From: Acidimicrobiaceae bacterium
GTDB taxonomy: Bacteria; Actinomycetota; Acidimicrobiia; Acidimicrobiales; Bog-793
Reading direction: 5' to 3'
Length of the DNA stretch: 45,927 bases
Assembly (NCBI GenBank): GCA_027365385.1
Contig: DAHXNN010000022.1
Coordinates: forward strand, 1-45,927
The translations under genes were made by a program, and so were the position numbers. This document shows positions 16,075 to 26,939 of this stretch, piece by piece. Within the stretch, counting starts at the first letter, position 1. Each line of letters opens with the position of its first letter. The notes under the pieces were generated by a model. The model had not been told where the DNA came from and did not search any database. It saw only the letters and a list, made by a program, of their open reading frames with translations.

Positions 16075-16923
16075 CTACCACGACGCAGTGGCCCGGGCCG
16101 AGTACCGGCCAGATGAGCGCTCCACGCGGACCGCGAGACCGAAGCACGCGCTGAGCGGCGCGTCCGCGAGGACCTCCCCTGCGGGGCCAGACGCGACGAC
16201 CCGACCTTCACGGAGCAGCAGCGCATGGCTCGTCGCGGCCGGAAGCTCCTCGAGCGTGTGAACGACCTGCACGACCGCGGGCGCATCGTCTCGCGCGGCC
16301 AGGGTGTCGAGGGCGTCGACGAGGGCCTCGCGCCCGGGCAGGTCGACCCCTGCAGCCGGCTCGTCGAGGAGGAGGAGGCCGTGCCGGCCGAACAACGAGC
16401 GCGCGAGCAGCACGCGCTGCCGTTCGCCCTGCGAGCAGCTCTCGAAGGCCTGGTCGGACACGTGCCCACAGTGGAAGCGCTCGAGCAGCTCACCGGCCTC
16501 GCGGAGCTCGGCGGAATCGAAGCTCGCCCACCAGGGAGCAAGGATGCCGTCCCTCCCGGTGAGCACGATCTCACGGGCGGTCACGTGCCCGGGGAGGCGA
16601 CCGGCGACGCTCTGGCCGACGACACCGATCCTCGTGCGCAGCGCCCGGAGATCCGTGCGGCCGAGACGCTCGCCGAGCACTGTGGCCTCACCTGCGCTCG
16701 GGTGGCGCACCGCCCCGATCAGCGAGAGCAGCGTCGTCTTCCCGGCACCGTTGGGCCCGAGAAGGGCCCAGTGCTCACCGCCGCCCACCGAGAGCGTCAC
16801 GGGCCCGACGAGGCGCCTCGCCGCTGCCTCGACGGTCACCCCGGAGAGCTCTACGACGACCGCGCTCACCTCAGGTGGCCACCCGGCGCACGGCCACCCG
16901 GCGCACGGCCACCGGGTGGCCAC
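16075..16923 (-). CDS. ABC transporter ATP-binding protein (single NBD, YlmA/ModF-like), no permease gene adjacent
   Basis: Walker A GPNGAGKTTL, signature SQGERQRV, Walker B LLLLDEP. Alternative start GTG 16869 (VSAVVVELSGV...) would exclude the WPCAG-WPCAG repeat. Confidence 0.88.
   Translation of the reverse strand: MATRWPCAGWPCAGWPPEVSAVVVELSGVTVEAAARRLVGPVTLSVGGGEHWALLGPNGAGKTTLLSLIGAVRHPSAGEATVLGERLGRTDLRALRTRIGVVGQSVAGRLPGHVTAREIVLTGRDGILAPWWASFDSAELREAGELLERFHCGHVSDQAFESCSQGERQRVLLARSLFGRHGLLLLDEPAAGVDLPGREALVDALDTLAARDDAPAVVQVVHTLEELPAATSHALLLREGRVVASGPAGEVLADAPLSACFGLAVRVERSSGRYSARATASW
16877..16906. repeat. 15-bp perfect tandem duplication (GGCCACCCGGCGCAC x2), followed by a third partial copy and GGTGGCC/GGCCACC palindromic arms
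   Basis: Read directly. Located between the yceI stop and the conserved start of the ABC ATPase. Confidence 0.9.
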
Positions 16924-16935
16924 CCGCGTGGAGCG

Positions 16936-17514
16936 TCACGCTTGAAGGACGGCTTCGCCTTCGATCTCGATCTTGACGTTCTTCGACACCATGACTCCGC
17001 CGGTCTCGAGCGCCATGTTGAAGGTCATGCCGAACTCGTCGCGGTCGATCTCGGTCGATGCGCTGAAGCCGAAGCGCTTGCCGCCGTAGGGATCGCCACC
17101 GGCGCCGTTGAACTCGACGTCGAGCACGACGGGCTTCGTCACGCCGCGGATGGTGAGGTCGCCCTCGACCTTCCAGTCCGATCCGCGCACGGGCACGACC
17201 TTGGTGCTCGCGAAGGTCATCGTCGGGAACTGCGCGGCGTCGAAGAAGTCGGGGGACTTGAGGTGCCCGTCACGCTGCTCGTCGTGGGTGTCGACGGTGG
17301 CGGTCTGGATCGTCGCCGTGACGCCGGACTGCGACGGCTCCTCGCCGACGGTGATCGTCCCCTCGAAGTCCCCGAAGCTGCCGCGGACCTTCGACACCAT
17401 GAGGTGCCGAACGACGAACCCGACCGTCGAGTGCGACTTGTCGAGCGTGTACGTGCCCGCGAGCGGGACCTCCACGCCTGCGACGTTGCGTACGAGCTCC
17501 GTGCTGTCGGCCAT
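16936..17514 (-). CDS. YceI family polyisoprenoid-binding protein
   Basis: YTLDKSHSTVGFVVRHLMVSKVRGSF..F.G...VDT....RD.HLKS.DFFD...FP...F.S is the YceI family pattern. Confidence 0.9.
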   Translation of the reverse strand: MADSTELVRNVAGVEVPLAGTYTLDKSHSTVGFVVRHLMVSKVRGSFGDFEGTITVGEEPSQSGVTATIQTATVDTHDEQRDGHLKSPDFFDAAQFPTMTFASTKVVPVRGSDWKVEGDLTIRGVTKPVVLDVEFNGAGGDPYGGKRFGFSASTEIDRDEFGMTFNMALETGGVMVSKNVKIEIEGEAVLQA

Positions 17515-17659
17515 CGTGGCCCTCCTTGTGTGTGACGGCCCGCCCGGACCGAGTGCCCGGCAGCGCCTTCTGTCGTGTGGTGCAACACAACATATCGCAC
17601 AACTATTTCTCGCGCAATTATCTGTCGATCAGAGCTACACTGTGGACGTGGAGGTGGTC

Positions 17660-18172
17660 ATGACGGAGGAGGCGGGGGGAAGCCAGGTCGACCCGATCAC
17701 CCTCGTCGGTCTCGTGTTCGAGACGGCGGCCGGGCTTCGCCACGCGCTGGCCGCGGGCGTCGCCGGCGAGGTCGGTGCCGGTGGCCAGTCCTTCGAGATC
17801 CTGCTGCGCCTCGGACGCACCGAAGGAGGCAGGCTGCGGATGTCCGACCTCGCCGCCCAGACGAGCCTGACGCCGAGTGGGCTGACGCGGGCCGTCGACC
17901 GTCTGGTCGAGGCCGGCCTCGTCGAGCGGGGCTCCTGCCCGAACGACCGGCGCGGCGCCTTCGCCATCCTCACGAGCCTCGGAGCGCAACGCACTGGTGT
18001 GGCTCTCGCCCGCCACGAGCGCGACGTCGCCGGCATCCTCGCGGGAGTGCTCGAGCCCGAGGAGGAGGTCGAGCTCGCGGCGCTCCTTCGTAGGCTGCGC
18101 GACCGGGTCCACCCGCACGCTGCGCTCGTCAGCGAGCCGGAGCGGGACGCAGACCCTCGGCCGCACGCTTAG
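17660..18172 (+). CDS. MarR family transcriptional regulator
   Basis: [64 protein letters not shown] is a MarR winged helix. GGAGG lies 6 nt upstream of ATG 17660. Divergent from yceI across the most AT-rich stretch of the window. Confidence 0.88.
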   Translation: MTEEAGGSQVDPITLVGLVFETAAGLRHALAAGVAGEVGAGGQSFEILLRLGRTEGGRLRMSDLAAQTSLTPSGLTRAVDRLVEAGLVERGSCPNDRRGAFAILTSLGAQRTGVALARHERDVAGILAGVLEPEEEVELAALLRRLRDRVHPHAALVSEPERDADPRPHA

Positions 18173-18230
18173 CGCCTGCTCCCGGCCAGCCGGTAGCGTT
18201 CTCAGGGGCACGTCGTCGACGGAGGCAGGC

Positions 18231-20900
<2,670 letters not shown>

Positions 20901-20940
20901 GACACGCCTCCGGCGGGAACCCTGGCTGGACCAGGCCCAC

Positions 20941-22467
20941 TCAGGTGAGCGGCACCGACGGGAGGAAGCCGGGTCGGATCTCGAGGCCGAGCACGTGCTC
21001 GAGGCCGGCGCCGATCCGGAGAAGCGTCGCCTCCGCGAAAGGTCGGCCGATCAAGCTCACGCCGACGGGCAGGCCCGACGCGGAGCCGATCGGCATCGAG
21101 AGCGTCGGGTAGCCGGCGACGGCAGCGGCGGACGAGCTCACGACGGACGACGGGTCGCCGTTCACCTGGTCGATGCACCCTGCCGGGCCGGACGTGAGCG
21201 TCACGAGCACGTCCGCCCCCGAGCCCGCGAGCGCCGCGTCGATGCCGCGCTCGCGGGCTCGCTCGCGGTTGCGCGCGAACGCCGCCCGGTAGACGGGACT
21301 GGAGAGCCCGTCGGTGGCGAGCGCGCCGACGAGCAGGTCCTGGCCGAAGAGCGCGAGCTCGTCCTCGCTGTGCGCGTCGTTGTACTCGACGAGCTCGGCG
21401 AGCGAGCCCGGGCAGGCGCCGCGCCCCCCGCCTCGAGCCCTGAGGTAACGGTCGAGCGAGTCGTGGATCTCGTAGCTCAGCACGAGCAGCTCGTCCGCGA
21501 AGCCCGCCAGCTCCGCCGCCGTCGGGACGTCGGCCGGATCGACGAGACGTGCTCCGCCGTCGCGCATCGCGGCGAGCGCGTCTTCGAAGAGGCGGTCGGC
21601 CACCGGGCTCGCGCCGGTGAAGTGCAGCCGAGCGACGCCGATGCGCGCGCCGGCGAGGCCGTCCTCGACCGCCTGGGAGCGGTAGCCCCCTGACGGCACG
21701 CGACCGCCCAGCGGACCACCGGCGACGAGCACGTCGAGCGCAGCCGCCACGTCGGCGACGTGACGACCCATCGGGCCCACGCAGTCCTGGCTCGGCGCAA
21801 GGGGGACGACACCGTCGGCGCTCACGAGACCGTGGGTCGCCTTCAGGCCGACGACGCCGTTGAACGCGGCCGGGCAGACGATCGAACCGTCGGTCTCGGT
21901 GCCTAGAGCGAGCGGCGCGAGACCTGCCGCGACCGCTGCACCGGATCCCGCAGAGGACCCACCCGGGCTCCGGTCGAGCACGTGAGGGTTGCGCGTCTGC
22001 CCGCCGGCGGCGCTCCAGCCGCTCACGGAGTGCGACGACCGGAAGTTCGCCCACTCGGAGAGGTTCGTCTTGCCCAGCACGACAGCTCCGCCAGCGCGCA
22101 GCAGGGCGACGGCCGGCGCATCGTGCTCGACGGCGACGCCGAGGAGCGCGAGCGACCCTGCCGTGGCGCCGAGCACCCCGGCCGTCTCGATGTTGTCCTT
22201 CACGAGCACGGGGACGCCGTGCAGCGGCCCGCGCACGTGACCACCCCGGCGCTCGGCGTCGAGAGCCGCAGCGTGCCCCAGTGCATCGGGATCGACGGCG
22301 AGCACCGAGTGCAGCGACGGGCCGGAGCTGTCGAGGGATGTGACACGGTCGAGCGCCAGCTCCACGATCTCGACGCTCGTCACCTCGCCGGCTCGAAGGA
22401 GTCGGGCGAGCCCGGAAAGCGAGTCGAAGGCGAGATCCGCGCCCAGCTCGCCCGTCCCCCCGCTCAT
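20941..22467 (-). CDS. amidase (amidase-signature family)
   Basis: PVLVKDNI, GGSSAGSGAAVAAG, GTETDGSIVCPA catalytic Ser-cisSer-Lys context. ATG 22467 overlaps the ccdA stop (ATGA). Confidence 0.9.
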   Translation of the reverse strand: MSGGTGELGADLAFDSLSGLARLLRAGEVTSVEIVELALDRVTSLDSSGPSLHSVLAVDPDALGHAAALDAERRGGHVRGPLHGVPVLVKDNIETAGVLGATAGSLALLGVAVEHDAPAVALLRAGGAVVLGKTNLSEWANFRSSHSVSGWSAAGGQTRNPHVLDRSPGGSSAGSGAAVAAGLAPLALGTETDGSIVCPAAFNGVVGLKATHGLVSADGVVPLAPSQDCVGPMGRHVADVAAALDVLVAGGPLGGRVPSGGYRSQAVEDGLAGARIGVARLHFTGASPVADRLFEDALAAMRDGGARLVDPADVPTAAELAGFADELLVLSYEIHDSLDRYLRARGGGRGACPGSLAELVEYNDAHSEDELALFGQDLLVGALATDGLSSPVYRAAFARNRERARERGIDAALAGSGADVLVTLTSGPAGCIDQVNGDPSSVVSSSAAAVAGYPTLSMPIGSASGLPVGVSLIGRPFAEATLLRIGAGLEHVLGLEIRPGFLPSVPLT

Positions 22468-23219
22468 CCGGCGGTGACGAGACGGCCGAGGCCGGCCGCT
22501 GTCATCCAGTGCTCGAGCTCGGAGGTGAGCCACGGAAGGCGGTCCAGCAGGAGCAGGACGCCGAAGCCGGCGAGGAGCACGGACGACGCGATCGTGACGG
22601 CCCTCGAGCGCCGCTTCATCCAGCCCATCGCACCGGTGATCCGACCGAGCCCGCAGCCGACGACGAGGAACGGCACGCCGAGGCCGGCCGTGTAGACGAG
22701 GAGCAGCAGAGCTCCCTGGCCGACACCCCGGTCCGTCGACGCGACCGCGAGGACGGACGCGAGGACGGGACCGATGCACGGGGTCCACCCGAAGCCAAAC
22801 GCCACTCCGGCAACGGGCGCGTAGAACGGGCCGAAGCGCGACGCGCTCGGGTGAAAGCGCGCCTCGCCGTAGAGGAAGGGCGCCCGCAGCACGAGCGAAC
22901 CGGCGATGAAGAGCGACATCGCTATCACGACGCCTCCTGACACCTCGCCGAGCAGCACCTTGTCACGTGTCAGCGCGCCGCCGACGGACGTCGCGATCAT
23001 CCCCTCGAGGACGAAGACCGCACCGAAGCCGGCGACGAACAGCAGCGTGTCGCGCGCGATCCTGCCCAGCTGGCGCCGTGCCCCGAGCTCGGACTCGGCG
23101 AGGTCGAGCCCGGTCACCATCGAGAGGTAGGCGGGGACGACGGGGAGCACGCACGGAGACACGAAGGAGACGACGCCTCCGCCGAAGGCCACCACGTAGC
23201 TCACACCTGCCGTGTCCAC
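22464..23219 (-). CDS. ccdA: cytochrome c biogenesis / thiol-disulfide electron transporter CcdA (DsbD-family core)
   Basis: FVSPCVLPVVPAYL and FGWTPCIGPVL conserved Cys motifs. Six TM segments. Confidence 0.9.
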   Translation of the reverse strand: MDTAGVSYVVAFGGGVVSFVSPCVLPVVPAYLSMVTGLDLAESELGARRQLGRIARDTLLFVAGFGAVFVLEGMIATSVGGALTRDKVLLGEVSGGVVIAMSLFIAGSLVLRAPFLYGEARFHPSASRFGPFYAPVAGVAFGFGWTPCIGPVLASVLAVASTDRGVGQGALLLLVYTAGLGVPFLVVGCGLGRITGAMGWMKRRSRAVTIASSVLLAGFGVLLLLDRLPWLTSELEHWMTAAGLGRLVTAG

Positions 23220-23359
23220 AACTGCCTCCCGGCCTCGGCCGTCGTGCCAGTCGGACAGCCTGACACGCGACGGAGCGCCCCGGCGTGCGCCGACCGCGTG
23301 CGACGGTCCTTGCTTCGCGCGCGCCGCCTTGGCATTGTCGTTGCGATGATGGACCGCCG

Positions 23360-23626
23360 ATGGACCTGACGGCTGGCGAGAAGGCGCTCGTCGACTTCGA
23401 GCGCGGCTGGTGGCTCGAGGCCGGACGCGAGCCGAAGGGCGCAGCGATCCGCCGGTGCCTCGACATGTCGCCGTCGGCCTACCGCTCGGCGCTCGAGCGC
23501 CTGCTCGACTCCCCCAGCGCTCTCGCCTACGATCCGCTGCTCGTGCGCCGGCTCAGGCGCCGGCGTGACGAGCGCCGCCGGGCACGCTTCGTCGGCGAGG
23601 CGCCGAGACGGCGCCGTCCGCACTGA
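23360..23626 (+). CDS. DUF3263 domain-containing protein
   Basis: LTAGEKALVDFERGWW...GAAIRRCLDMSPSAYRSALERLLDSP.ALAYDPLLVRRLRR is typical of the actinobacterial DUF3263 family, which is often next to otsB. Confidence 0.75.
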   Translation: MDLTAGEKALVDFERGWWLEAGREPKGAAIRRCLDMSPSAYRSALERLLDSPSALAYDPLLVRRLRRRRDERRRARFVGEAPRRRRPH

Positions 23627-24480
23627 GCGGCGAGGCGGACGAGCCGAAGGTCGGGCCCGGGCTCCCGGACGCTCCCGCAGCGCACGGCTTCTCCGGTGTC
23701 GTCGCCGACGCGCTCGACGCGCTCGCGCTGGATCCAGCCACGAGCTGCGTCCTCAGCGACTTCGACGGCACGCTCGCACCGATCGTCGACGATCCCCGTG
23801 CCGCAGCTGCGCTACCCGGCGCGATCGACTCGCTCCACCGCCTCGCGAGCAGGCTCGGAAGGGTCGCAGTGGTGTCGGGTCGACCGGTCGACTTCCTCGT
23901 CGGAGCGCTCGGCATCGGCGAAGGCCGCTCGCCTCTCGACGCCTACGGCCTCTACGGTGCAGAGCACGTCGCCGCCGATGGGTCGGTGACCCGTCACCAG
24001 CCGAGCGCCCGCTGGCACGCGATCCTCGAGCTCGTCGCGGGCAAGCTGCGCGCCGAGCTGCCGTCGGGCGTCGAGGTCGAGGCCAAGCAGGTGTCGACCG
24101 TCCTTCATTGGCGGGGCGCTCCGGGCGCAGAGCCACTCGCCGTGCACGCGGCTCTCGAGGCAGCGGCCCGCCACGGCCTCGAGCTCCGCCTGGGGAAGAT
24201 GTCCGCCGAGCTGCTGGCACCTGGAACGGCGGACAAGGGCGACGTGGTTCACGAGCTCGCGGACGGGGCCCGTGCCACCTGCTTCCTCGGGGACGACATC
24301 GGCGACGTCCCGGCGTTCGTCGCGCTCGCCGAGCTCGCACAGTCTGGCCGACGGCGCACGTGGCGGCTCGCCATCGGCGGCCCGGAGGTGCCGCGCGCAC
24401 TGGTCTCCCGCGCGGACGCGACGCTCGACGGGCCGGCTGCTGCCTGCGCGTTCCTCGCCGCGCTGGCGGACCGGGTCTGA
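23623..24480 (+). CDS. otsB: trehalose-phosphatase OtsB (start unresolved; the first canonical start is GTG 23869, but the catalytic motif lies upstream)
   Basis: Same frame, open from 23569, encodes ...CVLSDFDGTLAPIVDDP...VAVVSGRP... (HAD motifs I and II), then K..GDD.GD downstream. There is no ATG/GTG/TTG in frame between 23569 and 23868. In-frame CTG codons occur at 23623 and 23728. Confidence 0.75.
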   Translation: MSGEADEPKVGPGLPDAPAAHGFSGVVADALDALALDPATSCVLSDFDGTLAPIVDDPRAAAALPGAIDSLHRLASRLGRVAVVSGRPVDFLVGALGIGEGRSPLDAYGLYGAEHVAADGSVTRHQPSARWHAILELVAGKLRAELPSGVEVEAKQVSTVLHWRGAPGAEPLAVHAALEAAARHGLELRLGKMSAELLAPGTADKGDVVHELADGARATCFLGDDIGDVPAFVALAELAQSGRRRTWRLAIGGPEVPRALVSRADATLDGPAAACAFLAALADRV

Positions 24481-24510
24481 CCGGGGCGCCGTCGCGGGCA
24501 CTGCCCGGCG

Positions 24511-25914
24511 TCAGGGCCCGACGCCGGCGCCGCGACACGGCCGCCGGGCAGCCCTGGCCACCTCGGCGAACCAGGAAGCCGGAGGGCGACCGGCAGCGAC
24601 CACAGCGAGCTCGCCAGACCGTCGGGCACGCTCCGCCGGGTCCATGCCGAGCGCGTGCCCGAGCTGGGCAGCCGTGCCGCTCACGTCGAACGGCTCGACC
24701 GCGAGCGCGGCGCTGCCGAGCTCGTCGAAAGCACCCGCCTCCCGCGACAGAGCCAGCACCCCGTGTCGGTCGTTGACGATCGGCCCCTCCTTCGCGACGA
24801 GGTTCATCCCGTCGCGGAGAGGGTTGACGAGGAGCACGTCGTAGGAGCAGAGCGCGGCGACCGATGCCTCGAAGTCGTCCGCCACCTCGAGCTCCACCGG
24901 CACGTGTCCGCCGGAGCCGAAGCGCTCGTTCAGGCGCGCCACCAGCTCCTCGACCTCGGTCCTGTAGGCGACGTACTCGGACAGGTCCTCCCGAGACGCG
25001 TAGGTGCGCGCGATGAAGACCACCCGGCTCCGCAGCTCCGGCCGCTCCTCGAGCAGCTCGCCGAAGGCGAGGAAGCCCCGGAGCAGGTTCTTCGAGAGCT
25101 CCATCCGGTCGCTGCGCAAGACGAGCGCCCGGCCGGCGAGGCGCTCGAGGAGCTCGGCTCGCTTGCGCACGGTCCCCGGCGAGCCCACGACGCCGGTGAG
25201 CTCCGCTGCGTCGGGGCCGAGCGGGGCGACGAAGACCTCCGGCGCCTCGCAAGCGACGGCCTCGACGCAGCGGCGGAAGCTCTCCGCCCAGCGCCGGGTG
25301 TGGAACCCGCACGCCCCGAAGGCGGCGAGGCTCCCGACGAGCTCGGTGGCCACGGCACTCGGGAGGATGCGCAGCTCCTCGGGCGTGCAGAACGGGGTGT
25401 GGTGGAAGTGAACCGTCGAGAGGTCGGGACGCAGCGCGGCAAGGCGGCTGCCGAGCAGCGCAAGGTGGTAGTCGTTGACGACGACGGTCGCACCCTCGTC
25501 GGCCGATGATGCGACCTCCTCGGCGATCAGCCGGTTGAACTCGCGGTAGCCGTCCCAGGCCTCGTGCCAGCTCCGGTCGCACCGCGGCTGGCGAACCTGG
25601 TCGAACAGGCCGTGGTACAAGAACCACAAGGTCCCGTTCGCGACGACTCGGTACGCGAGATCGCGTACCTCCGGAGCGACGTCGACGAGCCGGAGCCCGG
25701 TCCCGCCGGCGAGGGACGCGGGCACCCCGTCGACGGCGGCTCGGCGGTCACCGTCGCTCATCGCGGTGGCGATCCAGAGCGCTCCCGTACCCGAGAGCGC
25801 GCTCACGAGGCTCGGTGCGAGCCCACCTGCCGCATGGCGCGCGACGAGCGAGCCGTCCGCGTCGACCGAGAACGTCGCGGGACCGCGGTTGGAGACGACG
25901 ACGAGATCGCTCAC
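24511..25914 (-). CDS. otsA: alpha,alpha-trehalose-phosphate synthase OtsA (GT20)
   Basis: VVVSNRGP, VNDYHL, RSDRMELSKN, LVNPLRDGMNLVAKE. The GTG start overlaps the gpgS stop (GTGA). Confidence 0.93.
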   Translation of the reverse strand: MSDLVVVSNRGPATFSVDADGSLVARHAAGGLAPSLVSALSGTGALWIATAMSDGDRRAAVDGVPASLAGGTGLRLVDVAPEVRDLAYRVVANGTLWFLYHGLFDQVRQPRCDRSWHEAWDGYREFNRLIAEEVASSADEGATVVVNDYHLALLGSRLAALRPDLSTVHFHHTPFCTPEELRILPSAVATELVGSLAAFGACGFHTRRWAESFRRCVEAVACEAPEVFVAPLGPDAAELTGVVGSPGTVRKRAELLERLAGRALVLRSDRMELSKNLLRGFLAFGELLEERPELRSRVVFIARTYASREDLSEYVAYRTEVEELVARLNERFGSGGHVPVELEVADDFEASVAALCSYDVLLVNPLRDGMNLVAKEGPIVNDRHGVLALSREAGAFDELGSAALAVEPFDVSGTAAQLGHALGMDPAERARRSGELAVVAAGRPPASWFAEVARAARRPCRGAGVGP

Positions 25915-26753
25915 CCCGCCGGAGTCCGCGCACGCGCGAGTGCCGCGGCGATCACCTCACGCGCCTGGGGGGCGAGCTGGGCGAGCGTGCGGTTGCGGTG
26001 AGCACGAGCGCCGAGGTCCACCTGCGCGATCGCGGCAGGGCCGAAGCGCTCCGCGACGTCGAGCAGCAGCGCCATCTCGACGCCGTAGCCGGGTGCCAGC
26101 TCGATCTCGTCGAGCGCCGTGCGGCGGACAGCGGTCTCTCCGGCGAGCGGTTGCGCGACGTCTGCGAGCTCGGGGAACAACAGCGCGAGGAGCGGGCGAG
26201 CGACGAGCTCGGTCACGCGGCCTCCTCCACTCGGGCTGCCGTGCAGCGGACGCGTGTAGCTGCCCTTCACGAGGACGGTCCCAGCGCACTCGAGGAGCGG
26301 GCCCACCAGGCCCGAGACGAAGTGCGGCCGCATGTTCGTGACGTCCGCGTCGAGGAACACGACGATGTCACCCGTCGTCGCAGCCAAGCCGGCGCGCATC
26401 GCTCCTCCCTTGCCTGTCCCGACCGGCTCGCCACCGCTGCCTCGTGGCACGCTCGCGACGACGCGTGCACCAGCACGCGCGGCGAGCGCCGCCGTGGCGT
26501 CGAGCGAGCCGTCGTCCACGACCACGAGCTCGTCGACGAGCCCGGCGCGACCCATCAGGCCGTCGCGCACGGTCGCCACGACCCTCGCCACCGTCGCAGC
26601 CTCGTCCCGGGCGGGGATGCAGACCGACACCGTGCGGGATCCCTTGAGACCGGCTGCACGAGCGACCGGGAACTCTCGGTGGTCGAACGTCCCGATCGAC
26701 CCGACGGACGTGCCCACGGCGACCATCTTCGCCGCTGCGGCCGACCCCGGCAA
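25911..26753 (-). CDS. gpgS: glucosyl-3-phosphoglycerate synthase (GT81)
   Basis: SVCIPARDEAATV, DELVVVDDGS.D, GKGGAM, DIVVFLDAD, GGGRVTELVARPLLA, APGYGVE and GARAHRNR match the mycobacterial GpgS motifs as I recall them. Start is TTG 26753 or ATG 26726. Confidence 0.82.
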   Translation of the reverse strand: MPGSAAAAKMVAVGTSVGSIGTFDHREFPVARAAGLKGSRTVSVCIPARDEAATVARVVATVRDGLMGRAGLVDELVVVDDGSLDATAALAARAGARVVASVPRGSGGEPVGTGKGGAMRAGLAATTGDIVVFLDADVTNMRPHFVSGLVGPLLECAGTVLVKGSYTRPLHGSPSGGGRVTELVARPLLALLFPELADVAQPLAGETAVRRTALDEIELAPGYGVEMALLLDVAERFGPAAIAQVDLGARAHRNRTLAQLAPQAREVIAAALARARTPAG

Positions 26754-26774
26754 TGACGCAGGCCGCGGGCGACG

Positions 26775-26803
26775 TTGACGAATGGCACGGGTTCGTCCAC
26801 ACT
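26775..26803 (+). promoter_or_regulatory. candidate promoter for the riboswitch-thrC-like operon (TTGACG-N17-CACACT)
   Basis: TTGACG 26775-80, then a 17-nt spacer, then CACACT 26798-803. This places the TSS just before the riboswitch. Confidence 0.35.
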
Positions 26804-26804
26804 G

Positions 26805-26935
26805 TTGCCACCATCAAGAGCGGTCGAGGGACGGGCCCGTAGACGCCGCGGCAACCAGTGCAGGACGCGTGGAGCCGAGATGCGGCACGTGCGTGGTGCT
26901 CCAGGTGCCAATGCCCGAGCGATGAGAAGGAGACT
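26805..26935 (+). promoter_or_regulatory. SAM-I (S-box) class riboswitch, apparently with a short or absent P4 (SAM-I/IV-like)
   Basis: Conserved core elements occur in canonical order: AUCAAGAG (26813-20), CGGUCGAGGGAC, GGGCCCGUAGAC, GGCAACC (26850-56), GGUGCCAAUGCC (26904-15), GAUGAG (26921-26). These are followed at once by SD AAGGAG (26927-32) and GTG 26940. Confidence 0.8.
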
Positions 26936-26939
26936 CGCC

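Noticed and set aside
23560-23630. DUF3263-OtsB fusion by programmed -1 frameshift
   Set aside because: The frames do overlap (otsB frame open from 23569, DUF3263 stop at 23624-26). However, I see no slippery heptamer of the X XXY YYZ type and no downstream structure, and DUF3263 proteins normally end in this Arg-rich tail. It is kept only as an alternative within the otsB start finding.
23753-25627. 624-aa - strand ORF, plus the 403-aa + strand ORF 23565..24776, over otsB/otsA
   Set aside because: These are Arg/Pro/Gly-rich artefacts. The otsA and otsB frames carry the real family motifs.
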